Origin: Vicugna vicugna
Lineage: Eukaryota
Direction: 5' to 3'
DNA: 64,000 bases
Assembly: GCA_013265495.1 (NCBI GenBank)
Contig: MU058444.1
Location: 1,178,001 to 1,242,000, forward strand
Shown here: positions 38,557 to 50,445 of the stretch, in pieces
Layout of the letters: each line of letters opens with the position of its first letter
Numbering within the stretch: position 1 is the first letter of the stretch
The notes under the pieces: model-generated
Database searches by the model: none
The model's input: the letters and a program-made list of their open reading frames with translations, nothing else
What the model was told of the DNA's origin: nothing
Made by a program: the position numbers and the translations under genes

Positions 38557-41047
38557 TTTTTTTTTAACATTTTTTAATTGAGTGATAGTCATTTTACAAT
38601 GTTGTGTCAAATTCTAGTGTAGAGCACAATTTTTCAGTTACACATGAACGTATATATATATTGTCACTTTTTTTCTGCTATGAGCTACCACAAGATCTTG
38701 TGTATATTTCCCTGTGCTGTACAGTATGATCTTGCTTATCTATTCTACATTTTAAAATCCCAGTCTGTCCCTTCCCACCCCCTGCCCCCTTGGCAACCAC
38801 AAGTTTGTATTCTATGTCTATGAGTCTGTTTCTGTTTTGTATTTATGCTTTTTTTTTTTTTTAGATTCCACATATGAGCGATCTCATATGGTATTTTTCT
38901 TTCTCTTTCTGGCTTACTTCACTTAGAATGACATTCTCCAGGAACATCCATGTTGCTGCAGATGGCGTTATGTTGTCGGTTTTTATGGCTGAATAGTATT
39001 CCATCGTATAAATATACCACATCTTCTTTACTCAGTCACGTATTGCTGGACATTTAGGCTGTTTCAATATGTCTTGGCTATTGTAAATAGTGCTGCCATG
39101 AACATTGGGGTGCAGGTGTCATTTTGAAGTAGGGTTCCTACTGGATATATGCCCAGGAGCGGGATTCCTGGGTCATATGGTAAGTCTATTCCTAGTCTTT
39201 TGAGGAATCTCCATACTGTTTTCCACAGTGGCTTTCCTTGCTTCCCTCTCCCACTCTTAATGATTTAGATGTCTTCTTTTACAATTTTATGTTTATTCTT
39301 TTTGTAATTCATGGCAGTTATCTCCTTTCCAGTTATGAGTTTCTCATTTTCATAGCATCCTGCTTCTTTTCTATTTAAAGTAGACCTGTCAATATTTCTT
39401 TTAGCATGGGTTTAGTGTTGCTAAACTCTTTTAGTTTTTGCTTGTCTGTGAAGTTCTTTATCTCTCCTTCTATTCTAAAGGATAGCCCTGCTGAATAGAG
39501 TAACCTAGGCCGCATCTTTTTTTCACTCAGGACTTTGAATATATCTTGCCACTCCCTTCTGGCCTGTAGTGTCTGTGTAGAGAAATCAGCTGAGAGCCTT
39601 ATGGGGGTTCCCTTGTAACTCACTCTTTGTTTTTCTCTTGCTGCCTTTAGGATCATTTCTTTATCCTTGACTCTGGTCATCTTGATTATGATATGTCTTG
39701 GTGTGGGTCTGTTTGGGTTCTTCCTGTTTGGGACCCTCAAAGCCTCCTGTACTTGGATATCTGATTCCTTCTTTAGGTTTGGGAAGTTTTCAGTCTTGAT
39801 TTCTTCAAAGACCTTTTCAATCCCCTTTGTTCTTTCTTCCCTTTCTGGAACCCCTATTATGCGTAGATGGGCAAGCTTTATATTATCCCATAGGTCCCTT
39901 ATATTGTTTTCACTGTTTTTATTTGTTTTTCTCTCAGCTGTTCTGATTAGGTGCTTTCTGTTGTCCTGTCTTCTAGGTTACTTATTCATTCCTCTGCATT
40001 ATCTAGCCTGCCTTGCACAGCCTTTAGATCAGCTCTCATCTCAGCAAATTTGAGTTTACTAATTCTACTTCGTTCTTCTTTATAGCTTCTGTTTCATTTT
40101 TGACATGTTTTATATCTCTAAACACTATTTCTTTTAGTTCCTTCAGTACTTTGATCACTCCTTTTTTGAAATCTTGATCTAGTAGGCCTTCAATGTCTAT
40201 TTCCTTGATCATACTTTCAGGGGATTTCTCTTGCTATTTTAATTGGGAGTGGTTCCTCTGCTTCTTCATATTGCTCATATCTCTGGCACTGTGGCTTAAG
40301 GAGTATCAGTTATCTAGTTCTCCTGGAAACAGTGCACACTTAATGATTTTATTGAGAGGTCTTTGTGTCTTCACCCAGTTTCCTGAACTCACTGGCTGTT
40401 TCCAGAGAAGCACCAGTAATGGCGGCATAGGTCTGAGGAGACAAAGGCTGTGGTGCCCCTCCCCCCAGGGCACACCAGCAGTGTTGCTTCGCTTTTTTTG
40501 CAATTTATGGGGGACTGAGGTTGTTCTGCTCCGTATCCCCTCCCAGCCACATTGCACAGCCCCCTGCAGTCCCCCGGGGCTGCCTCAGTGCAGTCGCCCC
40601 TGTCCTCCGCCTGGCTCAGGTGGCCTGTCCCCGGCCCCAGCTTCCAGCTCGCATCTCAGGCTGGGTGTCACAGGGACCCTTTGTGCCCATTTAATGCAGT
40701 TCTGTCGGTCAAGGGGTGCTCGGGGCATATGTGAGCCTCAGAGGCTCCCCCTCTGTCCTCCTGGCCTCTCCATTGGAGAAGGGAGACCCAGCAAACGAGC
40801 ACCAGTCCTCCTCTGCCGCTCCCTCCCCGCGGGATTGGTCCTGCACTGTTTTGCTTTTTCTTCTTTTTTTTTCCCCTTTTCTCCTACCAGATTTTTGGTG
40901 TCTTTGTCTTTCGAAGAGGGCGATGCTCTGTCGGAGTTCGGCAGGTGCTCTAGTTGGCTGAGTGGGTCCACAGATATGAGTTTTGGTGTATTTGTCAGAG
41001 AGGGTGAGCTACGAGCATCCTACTACTCTGCCATCTTGCTTCTTCTC
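38557..41047 (-). mobile_element. 5'-intact L1 derivative: 5'UTR + ORF1 + inter-ORF spacer fused to the extreme ORF2 3' end, 3'UTR and poly(A) (ORF2-less, HAL1/SpIRE-like)
   Basis: 5' end GGAGAAGAAGCAAGATGGCAGAGTAG (L1-type start containing the YY1 motif AAGATGG). ORF1 at 39375-40278; junction at about 39232; poly(A) at about 38557. 16-bp TSD caggaa(g/t)tgtttctaa at 38541-38556 and 41048-41063. Confidence 0.9.
39375..40278 (-). pseudogene. L1 ORF1p remnant (full span but with stops and frameshifts)
   Basis: MSNMKKQRNHSQLK*QEKSPE...NIRDLWDNIK...LRIIGVPE...ENFPNL...RPTPRHIIIKM...ILKAAREK...PIRLSADFS...ARREWQDIFKVL...LKEILTGLL. The C-terminal 121 aa are in the ORF track. Confidence 0.9.
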
Positions 41048-43589
41048 CAGGAATTGTTTCTAAATTGTGATTTGAAATATGAATAGAAGTTGTCCAGAGG
41101 TAGAGAGGGCCAGATGTGTACTGTAAAAAATAGCCTATGAGAAGGCCTCTGCCATCGGGTATTTGGGGCTGAAGAGGAACCAGACTAGAGATGAGGCCAG
41201 GGCAACCTACAAAGGGTTTGGATCCACTTTGAGGACTTGATATTAAGGGCACGATGGAGTCATTAGAGACTAAGCAGAATTGAGTTCTTGTGTCTGACAA
41301 CGTGCTTTATAAGATAACAATGGATTCAAGTTTACTGTTAGGGGATTATCTGAATGTCCCAATATCATTTCACAAACATACATGTATACACACCACAAAG
41401 TTACAAGACAGCCAGTCAAGTCTAGTACCTAGCAAAGAAAAGTGTCTTACAGAGGGTACTCAATAGATGTCTGATGAATTCCTGGAATGCCTGCGGGGAA
41501 TGCAGAAAAGTCCTTTCATAATGTGACATTGCCACATCCAGTTAAATATCTATCTAAATTTTAGACTCGGGGTTGAGAGAAGCCAAACTCCAGTGGAAAG
41601 GTGGAGGGGCTGAGTGATGGTCCTGACTCTGGAATAAAGGTTGGACTGACGGCTAGTGAGGAATGGAGCCAAAAAAGGAAGAGGGTAAGAAAAGCTAATG
41701 TGCCCAGTGCCTACTGTGGACCTACATCCATTTAATCCTCACAACCACTCACAAGTAAATACTGCTAATGCCTTAAATTTACGTGAGAAAACACGGGGCA
41801 TGGGAACACTAAGTAATTTGCCCAAGGTCACAGAGTCAAAATTGGAACCTAGACATTTAGATCTGAAACACCATGCCTGCAACCAGTATGCTCCACTCTC
41901 CCATTTGGGGCAGAGATACTTGAGACAGAAAGGACCAGAAAAAAAAAATGAGTTTATCAGAAGCCATAACTGTGCTTTATTATTTTACATTAACTAGTGT
42001 ATTAATCTCTTTGCCTATTTATTTTGACTAGAGATCACACAGGATGTCTGAACACAGCAAGAGCAAACTTCTTGAGTACATGGATCGAATGGGGAATTAT
42101 GTAGACCGATACGCAGTTGTGTGTACTAATTCATTTTTATCCACTAATTCATTTTATGCATTTCAAATTGGGGCTTTTAGGATAACTTTTGTCATTGGAA
42201 AAAATATATATTAATGCTGAAAAGAAGGATTTAGTAAAAGTAAAAAACTGAAAAAGAAGACAAAAGACTGTTTCTTAAAAATTTTTTTTAAAAAACCCTC
42301 AAATATCAGTTCAAAGCAAGGGAATGTGCTTACATGAAACCTGGAGCAGCAGGTAGACTGAACCATCATGGAAGCTGAAGGGAGAAATTTCAAATCCAAA
42401 TTGTGGCTACACTGCACTGCTGTTCTATGCACCTTGTGGTCACTACAAGATAAGAGGCAGCCTCTACACTCCATTGACCTTGAAGCCAAATGCCAAGGTC
42501 ACTTATTGACAACAGGCAAATAAATAAATAAATATATGAAAATAGTTCTTATGTTGTTGTATCTCCTTGATTATTTGGAATATTTAATGCGATGGAAGGG
42601 AGGGAGAGAGGAAAATAGGGAGTCAGTGATCAGACAGGACAGCAAATTCGCAGAGGGGAAGGGGGGAGGGAGAGGACACAGAAAAGAATGATTTGCTACC
42701 ATTCGCTAATTTTCACTGGCCAAATGGAACAAATGTAAAAGGGGACAAATTACAAGGTCCGAGTGGAAACCCAGAATCCAGGGGGCTTCTTACATTATGG
42801 GCTTGATGCAGGTACATATCCGTCTTTGGGTACATTTGGGACATGAAAATTCAATCCTTTACTCCAATGCCATTAAGTTATTTAACAACTAGATCTGGAG
42901 ATTTCCTATTTATCATCACAAATTATCAAGCCAAATGTCCCTTTTTCAGGAGCACCAAAGATTAACAGATTAGAATGTTTTCCACATGTGCATTCTTACT
43001 GTCAAGAGAATTTTAAAGAAGTTTTCCGGCTTCCGCAGCTGAGCCAGATGTCGGCGGGTCCCACAGTGAAATGAAATTGGCAAAGCAGCCTTCTCATGAC
43101 CCCGGCGTTGTTTTATCAGGGATCAGTTTAACATCTAAGAGCCATTTTTTGCTGAAGACCGTAAAGTTTGGGGGTCCAATCTGCCACAATTACAGAAATC
43201 TGCTGAGTTGGTTGAACCACTGAAACCCAGCAATATTTCTTACAACTTTTCTCACATGGTGCTGTAATTGTTGTTTGTGTTGGCGCAAGAAAAGTAAAGG
43301 GTCTCATTTCCACTGTATGTTTCCGGTCTCCGGTTTCAGAGACATCAGTCGCGACCATTTTACCAGCCACATTTTTTTGTTGTGTAAACAAGTCCTGGTG
43401 ATTTACCGGATGGGTCCCTCCACTGTGTTCTCAAATGACCATGGGCTGAAAGATATCAGACGACCACTTTCTAAAATAACTCTAGGAGTCAAAACGATGT
43501 TTTTTCTATTCCAATTGATTGCTTTGGTTCAAGAAATCATGGCCAGAAGTCCAAGTGTGGTTATGCTGACATATTTCCTTTTTTCTTTA

Positions 43590-45321
43590 ATTTCTGTGAT
43601 TGTCAACGTAAAAAGTATATTTAAAGTAGATAGTTTAAAACAAAATTAAATAAAACATACTTCTTCTTAGCACAAAGTTTAAGAAATAGAGGATCACCAA
43701 TATTTTTAATCCCCCTTGTAAGCTCTCCTTGACAGCATGTTCCCCGCTGCACAGAAAATTCTGCATTTGTATTCATTATTTTGCTTTGCTTTACAGTAGG
43801 ATTGTTAATTTTGTCTGTTTTTAATCTTCACATATCTGGAATATTACTTTATGTATTCCTCAATAATTTGCTTTTCTCCACGCACAATTTTGAGATCACT
43901 CATGTGACTGCAGAGATCTCTAGATATTGCTGATTACGGAATATTTCACTGTGTGAACTAATTTGAGATGGAAATGGGAACTGATTCAGTTTTTATTATT
44001 ATGAACAATTTTGCTACAAACTCTTTTGCCATGTCTCCCGCTGTGTGCATCTACAAGAGATTTTCTGAGTATATACCAAGGAAAATTCCTGGATTGCAGG
44101 GTACACACACTCAAAATTACTATAAAGAGGCAAACTTGTTCAAAAAGCGGTCACATCACCACATACTCTCACCAGCGGCACGTAAGATTTTCTGTAAATC
44201 CACATCAATTCCTACACTTAATACTGATTAACTTTAAAATTTTTGCCAATGTATCAGCATAAAGTGGAATCATGTGTTTTAATTTGCATTTTTTCTGATT
44301 AATTACAAGGGTAAATATATTTTATGTGGCATTTGTATTTCCTTTTATGCGTTATACCTAATGAAGTCCTTTGACCCTTTTCCTGCTGTTTTTTTTTTCC
44401 AGTTTGCGTACATGTGTTTGTTTGTTTTTTTAAGGGAACTCGTTAAGTAAAACATACATATTGAGAAGAGCACAAATTATAAGTACACAGATCAATGACT
44501 TCACACAGTGAAAACACCACTCGCATCAGAAAAGAGATAAGCAGCACCAGACGCCCCCCTCATGCCCTTCCCAGATTGTCTTATTTCCATCTTAATATCT
44601 ATCAATATGGATCGGTTTTGCGTATTTCTGAATGTTATATAAATGTAACCATTTAACATATAATTTTTCAGGCAGGTCTGGCTTCTCTTGTTTATTATAT
44701 TTTTTTTGAAACTCAACCATGTTGCATGTAGCAGTGTTTTGTTAGTTCTCGTAAGTGATGAATGTAGATACCATCATCAATATATACATCCTATTACTGA
44801 TGTTCATTTGAGTTGCTTCCAGTTTGGGCTCTTAGAAATAGTAGCGTGAGCATTCTTGAACATATCTTCTGGTGAATGTGTGCATACGTTTCTGTTGGCA
44901 TAGATTTAGAAGCAGAATTGCTGGCTTCTAAAGTATGTGTATGTTACAGTAAAGTGGTGACACCAACTGAAACTCCCGTGGCATCCCCAAGAGTGTCATC
45001 TGTTTCACATTCTTGCCAACCCTGAGCAGACTTGAAAGCTTCAGCAGTTCCTGTGGTCGTGTAGTGGTATCTTACTGTGGTTTTAATTTACACCTCTGAT
45101 GACAAATGAACTTGAGTACTTTTGATAGCTTAATGGCCATTAGCACACCCTTTTATGTCTTTTCAAGTCATTTTCTCATTATTCTGTTGGGTTACTAATC
45201 TTTATTTTTTCGTAGATTAATAGGAGTTCTATATATATTCAGTATCCTACTGCTTTGTTTGGTCCATGAACTCCCAATATCTTTCCCCCACCTTGTAGTT
45301 TGTCTTTTCACTTTCATAATG
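43590..45321 (-). mobile_element. Old L1 (L1ME/MD-like) 3' fragments, two nested pieces; the host continues at 47222-47460
   Basis: Degenerate L1 3'UTR and ORF2-end motifs (gaattgctgg, gtggtatcttactgtggttttaattt, tgtcttttcactttc). Confidence 0.6.
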
Positions 45322-47221
45322 GATTTCTCCTTGTTTTTATTAATAAACTTTTACTGCTAGGGTAGCTTTCAATTTTCTGAAAATGTGAAAATAGTACAGA
45401 GAGTTTTCATATTAACCACATCCACTTGAACACTTTTGAAAAGTAATTTTGTTGACTCCAGAATTCTAGGCTGGTGGGTTTTCTTTGAACACTTTAAATA
45501 TTTCCCTCTGCTCCCATGGTTGCTTGCATGGTTTCTGATGAGAACTCCAGTGGAATTCTTCTCTCTGTTTCTCTACATGTAAGCTGTTCATTTTCTTCTG
45601 ACTTCTTTCAAGATGTTCTCTTTGTCTTTGGTTTTCTGCAGTTTGAATATGCTACGGGTAGCTATAGATATTTCTGTATTTATCCTGTTTGGTGTTGTCT
45701 GACTTCCTGGATCCATGGTGTCTGTCATTAATTTTGGAATATCCTCAGCTATTATTGCTTCAAATACTTCTTCTACTCTGGTCTTTTTCTTCTCATTCTC
45801 ATATTTCAGTGACAGAATTGTTATACCTTTGAAAATCACCCCACAGTTCTGGTATAGACTGTTTTGATTCTTTATCATTTTTTTCTGTTTACATTTCTAT
45901 TTCACCAAATGTCTATTGACTTATTTTTAACCTTGCTGCCCTCTCCTTGGCCATGTGCAGTCTACTGGTGAGTGTATCAAAAGCATTCTTCATTTCTGTT
46001 ACAGTTACATTGCTATGAAATTTTTTTTTATATTTCTAGCACTTCCTTTCAATTCTTTCTTAGAAGTTCCATCTCTCTGTTTATATTTCCACCTCTTTTT
46101 TTTTTTTGCATGTTTCTACTTTTGCCATTAGAGCCATTACTATATTACTCACAGTTAGTGTAAATTCCCTGTCTGGACATTCTAACATCTGTGTTGGACC
46201 TGAGTCTGGTTCCGATGCCTGCTTTGTCTCTTCGGGCTGTATTTTCTTCTTGGCCTTTGGTTTGCCTTGTGATTTTTTTTTTTTTAATGTTGAAAGTCAG
46301 ACATACTGATTCCAATGATAGGACCCGAGGTAAAGAGGTAGTGTAAGTGCCAGAATTTGTTATTCTGGCTCAGAGTTTGGCTGTGTTTACTGTTTGTTAC
46401 AGCTGCAACAGCCAGAAGCTTCAGATGTCTCAAGTTTCCCTGACTTTGCCTTCCGCCGTCCCCGTGGGCTTCTCTAAGTGCTCCTCCTCAGGGAGAGCCT
46501 GCAGCCCTTTTAGCTGTCACTCTCCATACGGGAGACGTGCTGGCGCAGTGACAAGGTGCAGGGGACTGGAAGCATTCTATAATCTTATGAGTGAATCTCG
46601 GACTTTTGTGTGACCTGTGTCTTAGGAGGTAACCTTCACAAGGGCTCCTCCAGCAGTATCGATCTTTCCTACTGCTCCGGTGAGACGGGAAGTCTAGCAG
46701 AGCTTGGAGTGGGATGAGTGCCCTCCTGCAGCTGGGACAAGGCTCTGATAAGGTCTGTTCCTCCAGAGAATAAGCCTTGGATAGAGAATGCTCTGGTGAC
46801 ATCACACAGTGGCTTTCTTTCCCTCTTCCTGCCTGAGTCACAAGAAGATCCTTCTCAGATCCTCCCTGTGAAAACCTAGTGCGGTTTCTTGAGGTAAAAA
46901 TTCATGAAAGAGTGATGACTTTTTTGAGACTTTGGCTCCAGGAGTTTCTCACTCTCATGCTTACCCACGCTCAACCTTCAGCAATTTGTCAAAATTATCA
47001 TTTAAGTGTTCCTAGCCAGTGAGAAGATCTCCACTGTGCACCTTGGGATTCGTCTGCCTCTCCAGATTTCAGAGTCAAAGTCTGCCCTGCAATCTCAGTT
47101 CCCTGATGGGTCCAGGAAAAGTCGAGAAAAATCATTTAGTTTCAGTTTGCCCAACATTTTCTTGTTTTAAAGATAAGGACAACCATTTCCAAGCTCTTTA
47201 TATGTGGAGTTAACGTGACGA
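45322..47221 (-). mobile_element. Old L1 (L1MC-like) 5'UTR + ORF1 joined directly to about 90 bp of 3' tail, nested in another L1
   Basis: ORF1 remnant (EEVFEAIIAEDIPKLM...TPNRIN...KLQKTKDKENILKE, ORF 45588..45878). L1MC-type 3' end at about 45330-45423; 5' end near 47215. Direct repeat tttcataatg at 45312-45321 and 47222-47231. Confidence 0.6.
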
Positions 47222-47464
47222 TTTCATAATGTACCTTTCTAAGGACAGACAATTCTAATTTTAATTATCCTGTGTATCAATCTTTTTTGACCTTGTTAGC
47301 CCCTTATTATATTGTCTGTAATAAATTTGTTTATGCAAAATATTTTCTCTCATGCTGATTTTTCCTTACTTAGATATACAATCCACCAGGATTAGATTTT
47401 TGTGTACACCGTTAGGTGAGTGTTAAGACTTCTTTTTTCTACTTATATATTCAACTGAACGACT

Positions 47465-49750
47465 GTTATATTTTCTTGACAAACTGACCCACTTATTATA
47501 TAATGTACGTTGTCTCTTTTAACCATTTAAAATGTAAAGGCTGTTTTGTCTCGTGTGTGTCTTTGAGGCTAAAGTGACCCTCTTCCAAGTCATCATATTG
47601 TTGTCCTTTTTTAAAAAATCCATTCAGCGATTATATGTCTTTTGAATGAAGATTTTAATCCATTTATGTTTAAGGTAACTATTGATAAGTAAGGACTCAG
47701 AATTGCCATTTCACTATTTCAGGTTGTTTTGTTCCTTTTTTCTTGTCCCGTTGTCTCTTTTATGTTTTGATGGTCTCTAGTCCCAGTATGCTGTGACTTC
47801 TTTATCATGTTCCTTTGTGTAATCACTACAGGTTTTTCCTTGAGGTTATCCGGAAGCTTACATAAAATAACATAAAATTATAACCCTCTATTTTAAACTA
47901 ACAACATTGCAACTGCCATAAAATTCCTAAGCTTTACACTTCTCCCCCTCACATTTTAGGTTAAAAATGTTACAATTTACATGTGTTTTATATTGTGTAA
48001 TTAATAACAGATTATTGTACTTGTGGTTATTTTTACTGTTTTTTTAACTTTTAAACTAGCATTATAAGTGAATAGGGCACCCTCATTTCCAACTTTGACT
48101 ACATATTTCCTTTTCCAGTGATTTTTACACTCCTTTCTTATGTTTTTGCAGTGTTAATTAGAGTCCTTTAACTTCCACTCGAAGAAATCACTGTAGCATT
48201 TCTTGTAAAGCAGGACTTGGGGTGATGAATTCCTTCAGCTGTTGTTTTGGGAAAGTTTTATCTCTCCATTTTGGAGGGACAGCTTCACCATGTATAATAT
48301 TCTTGGTTGACAGGTTTTTTTTTTTCTTTAAACATTTTGACTATATAACCCCATTCTCCCCTGGCCTAAAAAGTTTCTGTTGAGAAATCCACTACTTTCA
48401 GCTTATGGGAGTTCCCTTATATGCAACTTCTCTCTTTTCTCTTGCTGCTTTAAATTTTTTTCACTTTAACCTTTGACAATTTAATTATAGTGTATTTTTG
48501 TGTAGCTCTATTTTGGTCAACCTATTTGGGGTCCTTGGGCCTCTAAGATTTAGAAGTCTATTTCTCTCCTCAAGCTCTGGAAGTTTTTGGTCATTATTGC
48601 TTTAAATACTTTTCTGTCCTTTTTTCTTTTCCTTCTTCTTCTGGAATTGCCATAATGTGAATATTGTTTCTTTAATCATGTCCCATATGTTCCCTATGCT
48701 TTTTTCATCCTCTCCTTCATTCTTTTTTCTTTTTGATTTCTGGCTGGATAATTTCAAGTGTCCTGTCTTCCAAGTCACTGATTCTTTCTTTCATATGCTC
48801 AGGTATGATCTGAGGGCTCGCTGCTGAATATTTCAGTTCAGTTGCTGTGTTTTTCAGCTCTCAGATTTCTGTTTTTGTTTCTTGTTTTGATGGTTTCCAG
48901 TACTTTGTTGAACTTCTTGGTTTGTTCCAGCATTGTTTTCCTAATTTCATGTAGTTGTCCATATGTTCTTTAAGTTCACTAAAGTTCCTTAAGAGAATTA
49001 TTCTGAGTTTGTTGTCTGAAAATTCACAGGTCTCCATTTCTTTAAGGACAGTTATTGAAGCATTATTAGTTTTCTTGGGTCATGTCATATGTCCCTGATT
49101 TTTCTTGATCCCTGATCCCTTACACTGGTATCTGTGCATTTGGGCGCGTGGGCTCCTCTTCCAGACTTTGCAGTTCGCTTTGTCAGAGACAATTCTCCAC
49201 CAGCTGGCTCAGTTTGAACTCTGTGCCTGTCCACTGGTAACATCCTTGGCCAGGTGGGACCTGCTATTAGTGTCTATTTGGGGGTGACTCAACTGTTTGA
49301 GCTTGAGGTTGGGAGTGAGGTGGTGTGCACCATCACTGGCTGAGAACCACTGGCCTGGTTCCCTGCCAAAGAGAGGCCATAGGAAACGCCCAGTGGTTGT
49401 CAGGCTGCCTGATCAGGCTTACCAGATGGTCATGACCAGTAGGCGGGGCTATGAATTAACTTCCTGCCCTTGTGGGGTAGCAGAAGACCCATGGTCTGTA
49501 AGGGTCATTGTTTGGGGACCAAGAGTGTGCTCTAATTTCCCTGGTCAGGTGAGAACACAGTTTTTGCTCTGTAGCCTGGGAAAGCCACAGGCTGTGCTCT
49601 CTGTTCAAGGGCCACCGAGAGATGGCTGCAGGGTGGTGCTCTGATAAGGGTCCCCGGTCAGGCAGACTGGAGGCTCATTCGGCAGTGAATTAATTTCCCT
49701 GCGTGGGCTCAGCAGGAGAGGCAGTGCCGGCCACTGATGCTCTTTGTGGG
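47465..49750 (-). mobile_element. Older L1 5' half (5'UTR, ORF1, spacer, start of ORF2 endonuclease), 3'-truncated
   Basis: ORF2 start MAILSPYLSIVTLNING at about 47709; ORF1 remnants at about 48190-49100; GC-richer 5'UTR beyond that. Confidence 0.72.
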
Positions 49751-49849
49751 CTTTCTCTTTTATATTTCAGAAAATGATTAAAGACATCATTTTATTTTAT
49801 TATAAATTATTCCATTTATTTTAACTAAAAAGAAAAGACAAAACTATTC

Positions 49850-50445
49850 ACCATTTCTCCCCCTTCTGACAAACACCAAATTCTTCTCTGTATCTATGGG
49901 CTTGTTTTCTTTTTCTTTCATTGTTTCTTTTTTTTTTTTTTAGATTCAACATATAAGGGTGATCATACGGCATTTGTCTTTCTCTGTTTCACTTATGTCA
50001 CTTAGCATAATTCCCTTGAGGTACATCAGTGTCACAAATGGCGAGGTTTCATTCTTTTTTGTAGCTGATAACGTTCCACTGTACACATATACCACAATGT
50101 CTTTATCCATTCATCCATACGTTGATGGACACAGGTCCCCATGCCTTGTCTCTTGTAAATAATGCCACAGTGAACATGGGGGTTCATACATCTTTTGGGG
50201 GTTAGTGCTTTCATTTCTTTTCAATAAATTCCCGAAAGTGAAATTGCTGGATCCTATGATAGCTCTATTTTAATTTTTCTGAGGAACCTCCATACCATTT
50301 TCCCTAGTCACTGCACCAATTTAGTTTCCCGCCAACAGTGCCCAAGGGTTCCCTTTTTTCCACATCTTCACCAACACTTGCTATTTCTTGTCTTTTTAAT
50401 AGACTAGCCATTCTAAAATGTACTGTAACATATCATTGTGGTTTA
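49850..50445 (-). mobile_element. L1 3' fragment (L1MA-like)
   Basis: ttagattcaacatataag...gaaattgctggatcctatgatagctctattttt...aggaacctccatacc. Confidence 0.75.
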
